Shown: piece after piece, positions 7,793-16,577 of the stretch
How the letters are laid out: every line of letters starts with the position of its first letter
How positions within the stretch are numbered: the stretch's first letter is position 1
Source of the DNA: a virus
Taxonomy: Duplodnaviria; Heunggongvirae; Uroviricota; Caudoviricetes
Length of the DNA: 32,958 nt
Virus record (IMG/VR): IMGVR_UViG_646862326_000003
Location: 1 to 32,958 of that record
Reading direction: 5' to 3' (one strand)
Notes under the pieces: generated by a model
The model's input: only the letters and a program-made list of their open reading frames with translations
Database searches by the model: none
What the model was told of the DNA's origin: nothing
Program-made: the position numbers and the translations under genes

Positions 7793-8524
7793 ATGGATAC
7801 TATAATCGCTTTTCTATCACTCGCTTTTTTCGTTGCTTTCTTCATCGGGTTAATCAAGCCATCACTGGTGCGAATGCCAAACCGCAAACGTGCAAGTGCG
7901 GTTTATCTCGGAGGAGGTTTTGTATTGAGCATAATTGGTTCAATACTCTATCCAACAGAAAAAAGCCAGCCAGTTGCTAAAACTGAAACATCAACCGTTG
8001 CAGAACACAAAGTCCAAAAAACATTCGAATATGGTGAAAAAACACTCAAGGAATATCGGAACGAGTCAAAGAAAACACGACACGATATTGTGAATAGTTA
8101 CATTGATTTTAAGGAAGTTCCAGCCACCGCGTCAGATGCGTTTTATGCCTGCATGAGTGAGTATACATTTACCAAAGATGATGAGTTGAAACTCGGTGAT
8201 GTTCTTGGGTGGTGCTTTAATGATTATGAAAATGACCCGAATTCACTAAACAATAAAATCAATCTTGATACATTTCAGAGTAATTTTAGTGGTTGGGATG
8301 GTTCTTATCGTCCATTGGAAAAACTAATTAAAGATAATATGAACGATGATTCATCTTATAAACATGTGTCAACGGTATATCATCTGGTTTTGAATAAAGA
8401 CCCGCATGCCATTGTGAAAACCACGTTTCGCGGAACTAATGCTTATGGAGGAGTGGTGAAACAGACGATTGCTGCGCGTGTTGATATAAAAACTGGTAAG
8501 GTGATATCAATCATAGATAATTGA
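7793..8524 (+). CDS. AT-rich cargo gene 1: membrane protein with two N-terminal transmembrane helices and a C-terminal soluble domain (243 aa)
   Basis: Start placed at the ATG preceded by AAGGA (the track start 7751 has no Shine-Dalgarno). Hydrophobic helices IIAFLSLAFFVAFFIGLI and AVYLGGGFVLSIIGSILY. Visibly AT-rich relative to the structural genes. Sits in the P2 old/tin accessory position. Followed by a strong intrinsic terminator. Confidence 0.65.
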   Translation: MDTIIAFLSLAFFVAFFIGLIKPSLVRMPNRKRASAVYLGGGFVLSIIGSILYPTEKSQPVAKTETSTVAEHKVQKTFEYGEKTLKEYRNESKKTRHDIVNSYIDFKEVPATASDAFYACMSEYTFTKDDELKLGDVLGWCFNDYENDPNSLNNKINLDTFQSNFSGWDGSYRPLEKLIKDNMNDDSSYKHVSTVYHLVLNKDPHAIVKTTFRGTNAYGGVVKQTIAARVDIKTGKVISIIDN

Positions 8525-8533
8525 TATCTTACA

Positions 8534-8575
8534 ATGCCGACGCTGAATATTTAATTGGGTGTCGGCATTTTTTTT
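8534..8575 (+). terminator. Rho-independent terminator after cargo gene 1
   Basis: Perfect 8-bp stem ATGCCGAC (8534-8541) / GTCGGCAT (8561-8568) followed by TTTTTTT (8569-8575). Confidence 0.6.
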
Positions 8576-8635
8576 GACTATTAGAGCGGCAGAGCCGAGA
8601 TTTGTTACGTATGAGATTAGCACTGCGAGAATGTT

Positions 8636-9418
8636 ATGAAAGTTATAAACCAACTTAAGAAGTTTGATAAGAAAAGAACGCCAGATGATGGCCGTATTAG
8701 TTTGTTATATGAAAACGCGATTAAGTATGATATGTACTCTGTATATATTAAAGATAAAAATGATACAGAATACCTCTTTGACTGTTTGGTTGATGGGAAG
8801 ATAAAGGCTTTTAAATGGGATGATGAGGAACGTAGATTTCATATAAGTTCATACTTGGATATTTCTGAGCTTACGCCTGATTCTTTTTTTGGTATTTATT
8901 ACTACCGTGCGCATGAGTTGCGATTTAACTCTTTAAATGATTTAACCTTTTTAAGGGAGTTGTTTTTTAGAGTGAAGTCTAATTATGAAAATATAAAGTT
9001 TAGTCGTGAAAAATATATTTATCGACAGCAAAAAAAAGAAATAACTGATGTGATGCTTGTTCTCTCAACGATTATAAGAATGTATCGTGAACGGGATGCT
9101 GAAACTGTGTTTAGTGAGTTTTCAATAATGACCGAAGTCGCTGGTAGTTTATGGGTATACCATGACGATAAAAACAGGATGCGTAAAGAGCTTCGTTTAT
9201 GCCTGAATTCTCTTGTTCAGAATGGAGATCTTGTTGAAACAAGTAGTGGATTTAGGCTAACAGGAAAGGCACTGAACACAATATCTACATTCAATAAAGA
9301 TGAGTTGCGGTACAGAGAGAATTTGAGCACTCAGAAGAAAATGTTTTGGGCTACTTTTTTCGCAGCAGTCGGCGGCGTAGGAAGTATGATTGCAGCTATA
9401 ATAGGGCTTCTAAAATGA
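8636..9418 (+). CDS. AT-rich cargo gene 2: soluble domain with C-terminal transmembrane tail anchor (260 aa)
   Basis: C-terminal FWATFFAAVGGVGSMIAAIIGLL is a single predicted transmembrane helix. A 60-nt sample at 8641-8700 is 35% GC versus 58% for a sample at 13321-13380 in the capsid region. No recognisable catalytic motif. Confidence 0.65.
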   Translation: MKVINQLKKFDKKRTPDDGRISLLYENAIKYDMYSVYIKDKNDTEYLFDCLVDGKIKAFKWDDEERRFHISSYLDISELTPDSFFGIYYYRAHELRFNSLNDLTFLRELFFRVKSNYENIKFSREKYIYRQQKKEITDVMLVLSTIIRMYRERDAETVFSEFSIMTEVAGSLWVYHDDKNRMRKELRLCLNSLVQNGDLVETSSGFRLTGKALNTISTFNKDELRYRENLSTQKKMFWATFFAAVGGVGSMIAAIIGLLK

Positions 9419-9578
9419 GCCAACAAAATCGTATGATGAAGTATTGAGTGAAAAGCATTCTTTATATGCATTATTTTGCATGCAACATATGCTATACATT
9501 TTAGCTATGAATTGTCAGACGTGGCAGTACTTCTGTATGGTAATGCAACTGCATTAAAACCGCCCCATGAAGCGGGCG

Positions 9579-9597
9579 GGCGAGGCGGGGAAAGCAC
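9579..9597. other. cos: cos site: 19-nt cohesive-end sequence GGCGAGGCGGGGAAAGCAC
   Basis: Exact match to the P2 cohesive-end 19-mer as recalled, in the expected place between the accessory genes and Q, preceded by the palindrome CCGCCCCATGAAGCGGGCGG and followed by GC-rich terminase-binding sequence. Confidence 0.8.
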
Positions 9598-9739
9598 TGC
9601 GCGCTGGCGGTGGTGCTGATTTTATTTTTTCAGCGTCTCAGCGCGTCGTGATGGCATTTAGTCGGCCTGCTGGGGCGTTGGTGTGTCTGCGGGGTGTTTT
9701 GTGCGGTGGTGAGCGTGTGAGGGCGTGATGGCGGGTTGT

Positions 9740-9761
9740 AAAAAAGCCGCCCGCAGGCGGC
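9740..9761 (-). terminator. Rho-independent terminator downstream of Q (minus strand)
   Basis: GC hairpin GCCGCC-CGCA-GGCGGC (9746-9761) followed on the minus strand by a T run (plus-strand AAAAAA 9740-9745), directly after the Q stop. Confidence 0.55.
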
Positions 9762-9766
9762 GATGT

Positions 9767-10801
9767 TCAGCCGTTGTCAGTGTCCAGTGAGTAGTTTTTA
9801 AAGCGGATGACCTCCTGACCGAGCCAGCCGTTTATCTCGCGGATCCTGTCCTGTAGCGGGATAAGCTCATTGCGGACAAAGACCTTTGCCACTTTCTCAA
9901 TATCACCCAGCGACCCGACGTTCTCCGGCTTGCCGCCCATCAACTGAAAGGGGATGCGGTGCGCGTCCAGCAGGTCAGCGGCGCTGGCTTTTTTGATATT
10001 AAAAAAATCGTCCTTCGTCGCCACTTCACTGAGCGGGATAATTTTAATGCCGTCGGCTTTCCCCTGCGGGGCATAGAGAAACAGGTTTTTAAAGTTGTTG
10101 CGGCCTTTCGACTTCACCATGTTTTCGCGAAGCATTTCGATATCGTTGCGGTCCTGCACGGCATCGGTGACGTACATGATGTATCCGGCATGTGCGCCGT
10201 TTTCGTAATACTTGCGGCGGAACAGCGTGGCTGACTCATTCAGCCAGGCAGAGTTAAGGGCGCTGAGATATTCCGGCAGGCCGTACAGCTCCTGATTAAT
10301 ATCGGGCTCCAGCAGGTGAAACACGGAACCGGGCGCGAAGGCTGTCGGCTCGTTGAAGGACGGCACCCACCAGTAAACATCCTCCTCCACGCCACGGCGG
10401 GTATATTTTGCCGGTGAGGTTTCCAGTCTGATGACCTTACCGGTGGTGCTGTAACGCTTTTCCAGAAACGCATTACCGAAAACCAGAAAATCCAGCACAA
10501 AGCGGCTGAAATCCTGCTGGGAAAGCCACGGGTGCGGGATAAACGTTGAAGCCAGAATATTACGTTTGACGTAAATCGGTGAGCTGTGATGCACGGCAGC
10601 ACGCAGACTTTTTGCCAGACCGGTAAAGCTGACCGGTGGCTCATACCATCTGCCGTTACTGATGCATTCGACGTAATCCAGAATGTCACGGCGGTCGAGT
10701 ACCGGCACCGGTTCGCCAAAGGTGAATGCCTCCATTTTCGGGGCGCTGGCGGTCATTTTTTTTGCCGCAGGTTGCAGTGTTTTCCCTTTTTTCTTGCTCA
10801 T
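9767..10801 (-). CDS. Q: Portal protein gpQ (344 aa)
   Basis: Size and position match P2 Q; ATGA overlap with the P stop on the minus strand; transcribed divergently from the O operon. Confidence 0.9.
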   Translation of the reverse strand: MSKKKGKTLQPAAKKMTASAPKMEAFTFGEPVPVLDRRDILDYVECISNGRWYEPPVSFTGLAKSLRAAVHHSSPIYVKRNILASTFIPHPWLSQQDFSRFVLDFLVFGNAFLEKRYSTTGKVIRLETSPAKYTRRGVEEDVYWWVPSFNEPTAFAPGSVFHLLEPDINQELYGLPEYLSALNSAWLNESATLFRRKYYENGAHAGYIMYVTDAVQDRNDIEMLRENMVKSKGRNNFKNLFLYAPQGKADGIKIIPLSEVATKDDFFNIKKASAADLLDAHRIPFQLMGGKPENVGSLGDIEKVAKVFVRNELIPLQDRIREINGWLGQEVIRFKNYSLDTDNG

Positions 10802-12573
10802 CAGTAAAACTCCAGAATGGTGGATGTCAGCGGGGTGCTGATACCGGCGGTGAGTGGCTCATTTAACAGGGCGTGCATGGTCGCCCAGGCGAGGTCGGCG
10901 TGGCTGGCTTCCTCGCTGCGGCTGGCCTCATAAGTGGCGCTGCGTCCGCTGCTGGTCATGGTCTTGCGGATAGCCATAAACGAGCTGGTGATGTCGGTGG
11001 CGCTGACGTCATATTCCAGACAGCCACGGCGGATGACGTCTTTTGCCTTGAGCACCATTGCGGTTTTCATTTCCGGCGTGTAGCGGATATCGCGCGCGGC
11101 GGGATAGAACGAGCGCACGAGCTGGAACACGCCGACACCGAGGCCGGTGGCATCAATACCGATGTATTCGACGTTGTATTTTTCGGTGAGTTTGCGGATG
11201 GATTCCGCCTGGGTGGCAAAGTCCATGCCTTTCCACTGGTGACGCTCAAGTATTCTGAATTTGCCACCGGCCACCACCGGCGGTGCCAGTACCACGCATC
11301 CGGCGCTGTCGCCACGGTGTGACGGGTCGTAACCAATCCAGACCGGGCGGGAGCCGAACGGATTGGCGGCAAACGGCGCATAGTCTTCCCATTCTTCCAG
11401 CGTGTCGACCATGCAGCGTTGCAGCTCCTCGAACGGGAACACCGACGCCTTGTCGTCAACAAATTCACACATGAACAGGTTTTTAAAATCGTCGGCGCTG
11501 TTTTCGCGTTTGAGCTGTTCAATGTCGAACAGCGTGCAGCCACCTTTCAGGGCGTCCTCAATGGTGACAATCTGCCGCCACTGGCCGTCCGCACAGAGAA
11601 GCCCACCGGCAAGGGCGTTATGACTGACGTCGATTTCCACGCGTTCGGCGGCGCTGGCGCGTCCCCGGTTGAACAGTTCACCTGACCAGAACGGGTAGGC
11701 GTCGTGCGCCAGCGTGGACGGGGTGGAGAAATAGGTCGAGCGCAGGTGACTCTGTGAGGCCATACCTGATGCCACCTTACGCAGTACCTGAAAATTCGGG
11801 ATCCAGAAAATCTCGTCGACGTACAGGTCGCCGTTATGGCTCTGTGCGGTGTTGGAGTTGGTGCCGAGAAAAATCAGTTTTGCGCCGTTATTGCCCAGGA
11901 CAATCGGGTCACCGGTCAGGTCAACGTCAACCAGCCGGGCAAAGGCGATGATGTATTCGCGGAACACATACGCCTGCGTTTTACTGGCCGACAGAAAAAT
12001 CTGGTTATGGCCGGTTTTCAGGGCGCGCAGCAGCGCCTCGCGGGAAAAATAAAACGTCGCACCAATCTGGCGGGATTTCAGGATATCGCGGATGCGGTGC
12101 TCAAGCCCGGCGCGATACCAGTGCAACTGATAGTCGAAAGACTGCTCAAAGAAAATCTGCTCCAGCTTTTCGATGGCCTCGTCACTGAAAAAATTTTTTT
12201 TCGGTTTGCGCCGCCCGCCTTTGTTGCGGTTAGCGACGTTCGGATTAAGGTCTGCCTCGTTGCCGGTCTGGCTGTAACGATTTACCCGTGCCAGTCGTTC
12301 AATCTGGCGTCCCAGCAGGTCAATTTCCTTGAAGTCACCGCCGGTTTTCTGCGGTTTGATAATGAGCTGGGTCAGCCGCGCTTCCAGGCTCATTTCGACA
12401 CGGCTGATGGGGGCAACGTTGTCCCAGCCGTCGCGCTGTTTCCAGCTCTGCACTGTCGGGCGTTTCATCTGCAACATGGCGGCAATCTGCGGCACGGAAA
12501 ATCCCTGCCAGTACAGCAGCGCCGCCTGACGACGCGGGTCGTGTAAAAGAGTGGTGTCTGTGGTGATGGTCAT
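10801..12573 (-). CDS. P: Terminase large (ATPase) subunit gpP (590 aa)
   Basis: Starts MTITTDTTLLHDPRRQ at the first ATG (12571-12573); size matches P2 P; upstream of Q in the same operon. Confidence 0.9.
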   Translation of the reverse strand: MTITTDTTLLHDPRRQAALLYWQGFSVPQIAAMLQMKRPTVQSWKQRDGWDNVAPISRVEMSLEARLTQLIIKPQKTGGDFKEIDLLGRQIERLARVNRYSQTGNEADLNPNVANRNKGGRRKPKKNFFSDEAIEKLEQIFFEQSFDYQLHWYRAGLEHRIRDILKSRQIGATFYFSREALLRALKTGHNQIFLSASKTQAYVFREYIIAFARLVDVDLTGDPIVLGNNGAKLIFLGTNSNTAQSHNGDLYVDEIFWIPNFQVLRKVASGMASQSHLRSTYFSTPSTLAHDAYPFWSGELFNRGRASAAERVEIDVSHNALAGGLLCADGQWRQIVTIEDALKGGCTLFDIEQLKRENSADDFKNLFMCEFVDDKASVFPFEELQRCMVDTLEEWEDYAPFAANPFGSRPVWIGYDPSHRGDSAGCVVLAPPVVAGGKFRILERHQWKGMDFATQAESIRKLTEKYNVEYIGIDATGLGVGVFQLVRSFYPAARDIRYTPEMKTAMVLKAKDVIRRGCLEYDVSATDITSSFMAIRKTMTSSGRSATYEASRSEEASHADLAWATMHALLNEPLTAGISTPLTSTILEFY

Positions 12574-12603
12574 GAATACCTCGCCGTGATGAATACACGG
12601 CAA

Positions 12604-12746
12604 GGCTACTGAGTCGCGCCCTGCGATTCGCTAAGGTGCTGTTGTGTCAGTGATAAGCCATCCGGGACTGATGGCGTAGGATGCGCATCGTCGGGAAACT
12701 GATGCCGACATGTGACTCCTCTAATCACTATTCAGGACTCCTGACA
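12604..12746. promoter_or_regulatory. Divergent late promoter region (P-Q and O-N-M-L operons) with candidate Ogr-type dyad elements
   Basis: Intergenic region between divergent P and O. Contains TGTGAC-N-TCAC (12711-12728) and GTTGTG (12641-12646) elements resembling the partial dyads of P2 late promoters. Exact sites uncertain. Confidence 0.4.
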
Positions 12747-13601
12747 ATGGCAAAAAAAGTCTCAAAATTCTTTCGTATCGGCGTTGAGGGTGACACCTGT
12801 GACGGGCGTGTCATCAGTGCGCAGGATATTCAGGAAATGGCTGAAACCTTTGACCCGCGTGTCTACGGTTGCCGCATTAACCTGGAACATCTGCGCGGCA
12901 TCCTGCCTGACGGTATTTTTAAACGTTATGGCGATGTGGCCGAACTTAAGGCCGAAAAGATTGACGATGATTCGGCGCTGAAAGGCAAATGGGCGCTGTT
13001 TGCGAAAATCACCCCGACCGATGACCTTATCGCGATGAACAAGGCCGCGCAGAAGGTCTACACCTCAATGGAAATTCAGCCGAACTTTGCCAACACCGGC
13101 AAATGTTATCTGGTGGGTCTGGCCGTCACCGATGACCCGGCAAGCCTCGGCACGGAATACCTGGAATTCTGCCGCACGGCAAAACACAACCCCCTGAACC
13201 GCTTCAAATTAAGCCCTGAAAACCTGATTTCAGTGGCAACGCCTGTTGAGCTGGAATTTGAAGACCTGCCTGAAACAGTGTTCACCGCCCTGACCGAAAA
13301 GGTGAAGTCCATTTTTGGCCGCAAACAGGCCAGCGATGATGCCCGTCTGAATGACGTGCATGAAGCGGTGACCGCTGTTGCTGAACATGTGCAGGAAAAA
13401 CTGAGCGCCACTGAGCAGCGCCTCGCTGAGATGGAAACCGCCTTTTCCGCACTTAAGCAGGAGGTGACTGACAGGGCGGATGAAACCAGCCAGGCATTCA
13501 CCCGCCTGAAAAACAGTCTCGACCACACCGAAAGTCTGACCCAGCAGCGCCGCAGCAAGGCCACTGGTGGTGGCGGTGACGCCCTGATGACGAACTGCTG
13601 A
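12747..13601 (+). CDS. O: Capsid scaffolding protein gpO (284 aa)
   Basis: Starts MAKKVSKFFRIGVEGDTCDGR at the first ATG; size and order match P2 O. Confidence 0.85.
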   Translation: MAKKVSKFFRIGVEGDTCDGRVISAQDIQEMAETFDPRVYGCRINLEHLRGILPDGIFKRYGDVAELKAEKIDDDSALKGKWALFAKITPTDDLIAMNKAAQKVYTSMEIQPNFANTGKCYLVGLAVTDDPASLGTEYLEFCRTAKHNPLNRFKLSPENLISVATPVELEFEDLPETVFTALTEKVKSIFGRKQASDDARLNDVHEAVTAVAEHVQEKLSATEQRLAEMETAFSALKQEVTDRADETSQAFTRLKNSLDHTESLTQQRRSKATGGGGDALMTNC

Positions 13602-13659
13602 CCGGCGTCAGTCAGTCCGGGAAAACCTTCACGATTAACCCTTAATTTCAGGAAAAACT

Positions 13660-14733
13660 ATGCGCCAGGAAACCCGCTTTAAATTTAATGCTTACCTGTC
13701 CCGTGTTGCCGAACTGAACGGCATCGACGCCGGTGATGTGTCGAAAAAATTCACCGTTGAACCGTCGGTCACCCAGACCCTGATGAACACCATGCAGGAG
13801 TCCTCTGACTTTCTGACCCGCATCAATATTGTGCCGGTCAGCGAAATGAAAGGGGAAAAAATTGGCATCGGTGTCACCGGCTCCATCGCCAGCACCACCG
13901 ACACCGCCGGTGGCACCGAGCGTCAGCCGAAGGACTTCTCGAAGCTGGCGTCAAACAAGTACGAATGCGACCAGATTAACTTCGATTTTTATATCCGCTA
14001 CAAAACGCTGGACCTGTGGGCGCGTTATCAGGATTTCCAGCTCCGTATCCGTAACGCCATTATCAAGCGTCAGTCCCTTGATTTCATCATGGCCGGTTTT
14101 AACGGCGTGAAGCGTGCCGAAAACTCTGACCGCAGCAGTAATCCGATGCTGCAGGATGTGGCGGTCGGCTGGCTGCAGAAATACCGCAATGAAGCCCCGG
14201 CGCGCGTGATGAGCAAGGTCACTGACGAGGAAGGTCACACGACCTCTGAGGTCATCCGCGTGGGTAAGGGCGGTGATTATGCCAGCCTTGATGCACTGGT
14301 GATGGATGCGACCAACAACCTGATTGAACCGTGGTATCAGGAAGACCCTGACCTTGTGGTGATTGTGGGTCGTCAGCTACTGGCGGACAAGTATTTCCCC
14401 ATCGTTAACAAGGAGCAGGACAACAGCGAAATGCTGGCCGCTGACGTCATCATCAGCCAGAAACGCATCGGTAACCTGCCGGCGGTACGCGTCCCGTACT
14501 TCCCGGCGGATGCGATGCTCATCACGAAGCTGGAAAACCTGTCCATCTACTACATGGATGACAGCCATCGCCGCGTGATTGTGGAAAACCCGAAACTCGA
14601 CCGCGTGGAGAACTACGAGTCAATGAACATTGATTACGTGGTGGAAGACTACGCCGCCGGTTGTCTGGTGGAAAAAATTAAGGTCGGTGATTTCTCCACA
14701 CCGGCTAAGGCGACCGCAGAGCCGGGAGCGTAA
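13660..14733 (+). CDS. N: Major capsid protein gpN (357 aa)
   Basis: Size and position match P2 N; follows the scaffold gene. Confidence 0.9.
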   Translation: MRQETRFKFNAYLSRVAELNGIDAGDVSKKFTVEPSVTQTLMNTMQESSDFLTRINIVPVSEMKGEKIGIGVTGSIASTTDTAGGTERQPKDFSKLASNKYECDQINFDFYIRYKTLDLWARYQDFQLRIRNAIIKRQSLDFIMAGFNGVKRAENSDRSSNPMLQDVAVGWLQKYRNEAPARVMSKVTDEEGHTTSEVIRVGKGGDYASLDALVMDATNNLIEPWYQEDPDLVVIVGRQLLADKYFPIVNKEQDNSEMLAADVIISQKRIGNLPAVRVPYFPADAMLITKLENLSIYYMDDSHRRVIVENPKLDRVENYESMNIDYVVEDYAAGCLVEKIKVGDFSTPAKATAEPGA

Positions 14734-14736
14734 CCG

Positions 14737-15480
14737 ATGACGAGTCCCGCACAGCGCCACATGATGCGGGTCTCGGCAGCGATGACCACGCAGCGGGAAG
14801 CCGCCCCGCTGCGACATGCAACTGTCTATGAGCAGATGCTGGTCAAGCTGGCCGCAGACCAGCGCACACTGAAAGCGATTTATTCAAAAGAGCTGAAGGC
14901 CGCGAAAAAGCGCGAACTGCTGCCGTTCTGGTTGCCGTGGGTGAACGGCGTGCTGGAGCAGGGCAAAGGCGCACAGGATGACATTCTGATGACGGTCATG
15001 CTGTGGCGTCTGGATACCGGCGATATTGCCGGTGCGCTGGAGATTGCCCGTTATGCCCTGAAATACGGTCTGACCATGCCGGGTAAACACCGCCGCACCC
15101 CGCCGTATATGTTCACCGAGGAGGTCGCGCTCGCGGCCATGCGCGCCCACGCGGCCGGTGAGTCTGTGGATACCCGCCTGCTGACGGAGACCCTTGAACT
15201 GACTGCCGCTGCTGACATGCCTGATGAAGTGCGCGCAAAGCTGCACAAAATCACCGGTCTGTTTCTGCGTGACGGTGGTGATGCCGCCGGTGCGCTGGCT
15301 CACCTGCAACGTGCGACACAGCTCGACTGTCAGGCAGGCGTCAAAAAAGAGATTGAGCGACTGGAGCGGGAGCTGAAACCTAAGCCGGAGCCGCAACCCA
15401 AAGCGGCCACCCGTGCCACGCGTAAGACCCGGAGCGTGACACCGGCAAAACGTGGACGCCCGAAAAAGAAAGCCAGTTAA
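14737..15480 (+). CDS. M: Terminase small (endonuclease) subunit gpM (247 aa)
   Basis: Size and position match P2 M; basic Lys/Arg-rich C-terminus. Confidence 0.85.
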   Translation: MTSPAQRHMMRVSAAMTTQREAAPLRHATVYEQMLVKLAADQRTLKAIYSKELKAAKKRELLPFWLPWVNGVLEQGKGAQDDILMTVMLWRLDTGDIAGALEIARYALKYGLTMPGKHRRTPPYMFTEEVALAAMRAHAAGESVDTRLLTETLELTAAADMPDEVRAKLHKITGLFLRDGGDAAGALAHLQRATQLDCQAGVKKEIERLERELKPKPEPQPKAATRATRKTRSVTPAKRGRPKKKAS

Positions 15481-15579
15481 CAACCGAATGCGCCCCGCGC
15501 CAGGGCGGCACGCCGGTCAGTGAGGGTGAATCACCTGACACTGCACCGGCGTCCACCGCCCGACTTTTCAGAGGTAGTC

Positions 15580-16089
15580 ATGATGACGCTGATTATTCCG
15601 CGAAAGGAGGCTCCCGTGTCCGGTGAGGGTACGGTGGTCATCCCGCAACCGGCAGGCGACGAGCCGGTGATTAAAAACACGTTCTTTTTTCCCGATATCG
15701 ACCCGAAGCGCGTCCGGGAACGTATGCGCCTTGAGCAGACCGTCGCCCCCGCCCGTCTGCGTGAGGCCATCAAGTCAGGCATGGCGGAAACAAATGCGGA
15801 GCTGTACGAGTACCGCGAACAGAAAATTGCCGCCGGTTTTACGCGTCTGGCGGACGTTCCGGCGGACGACATCGACGGTGAAAGTATCAAAGTTTTTTAC
15901 TACGAGCGCGCCGTGTGTGCGATGGCGACCGCGTCGCTTTATGAGCGTTATCGCGGTGTGGATGCCAGTGCGAAAGGCGACAAGAAGGTCGACAGCATTG
16001 ACAGCACCATTGATGAGCTGTGGCGGGATATGCGCTGGGCAGTGGCGCGCATCCAGGACAAGCCGCGCTGCATCGTGAGTCAAATCTGA
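15580..16089 (+). CDS. L: Head completion protein gpL (169 aa)
   Basis: Start at ATG 15580 after a GAGG Shine-Dalgarno (track start 15520 is upstream and in-frame). Size matches P2 L. Confidence 0.8.
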   Translation: MMTLIIPRKEAPVSGEGTVVIPQPAGDEPVIKNTFFFPDIDPKRVRERMRLEQTVAPARLREAIKSGMAETNAELYEYREQKIAAGFTRLADVPADDIDGESIKVFYYERAVCAMATASLYERYRGVDASAKGDKKVDSIDSTIDELWRDMRWAVARIQDKPRCIVSQI

Positions 16090-16292
16090 TGAAGACCTTT
16101 GCGCTACAGGGCGACACGCTCGATGCCATCTGTGTCCGGTATTACGGGCGCACTGAGGGCGTGGTTGAGACCGTGCTCGCCGCAAATCCGGGACTGGCTG
16201 AACTGGGGGCGGTGCTGCCACATGGCACCGCCGTCGAACTGCCCGACGTTCAGACCGCGCCCGTGGCTGAAACTGTCAATCTGTGGGAGTAA
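16089..16292 (+). CDS. X: Tail protein gpX (67 aa)
   Basis: ATG overlaps the L stop (TGATG). MKTFALQGDTLDAICVRYYGRTEGVVETVLAANPGL resembles P2 X (LysM-like) as recalled. Confidence 0.75.
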   Translation: MKTFALQGDTLDAICVRYYGRTEGVVETVLAANPGLAELGAVLPHGTAVELPDVQTAPVAETVNLWE

Positions 16293-16295
16293 CGC

Positions 16296-16577
16296 ATGAC
16301 AGCAGAAGAAAAAAGCGTCCTGTCGCTTTTCATGATTGGGGTGCTGATTGTTGTCGGCAAGGTGCTTGCCGGTGGTGAACCCATCACCCCGCGTCTGTTT
16401 ATCGGGCGCATGTTGCTCGGTGGTTTTGTCTCGATGGTTGCCGGTGTTGTTCTGGTGCAGTTTCCTGACCTGTCACTGCCTGCGGTGTGCGGTATCGGCT
16501 CCATGCTGGGTATCGCCGGTTATCAGGTGATTGAGATTGCCATTCAGCGCCGCTTTAAGGGCAGGGGGAAACCGTAA
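16296..16577 (+). CDS. Y: Holin gpY (93 aa)
   Basis: Small protein with hydrophobic transmembrane segments (VLSLFMIGVLIVVGKVLAGG; LLGGFVSMVAGVVLVQF) immediately upstream of the endolysin. Confidence 0.75.
   Translation: MTAEEKSVLSLFMIGVLIVVGKVLAGGEPITPRLFIGRMLLGGFVSMVAGVVLVQFPDLSLPAVCGIGSMLGIAGYQVIEIAIQRRFKGRGKP

Noticed and set aside
10873-12598. Plus-strand ORFs overlapping terminase P (for example 11836-12546, 10873-11322) and numerous other ORFs nested inside structural genes
   Set aside because: They lie antisense or out of frame within long, well-supported P2-homologous genes in GC-rich DNA, where spurious open frames are expected. None has a Shine-Dalgarno or recognisable motif.
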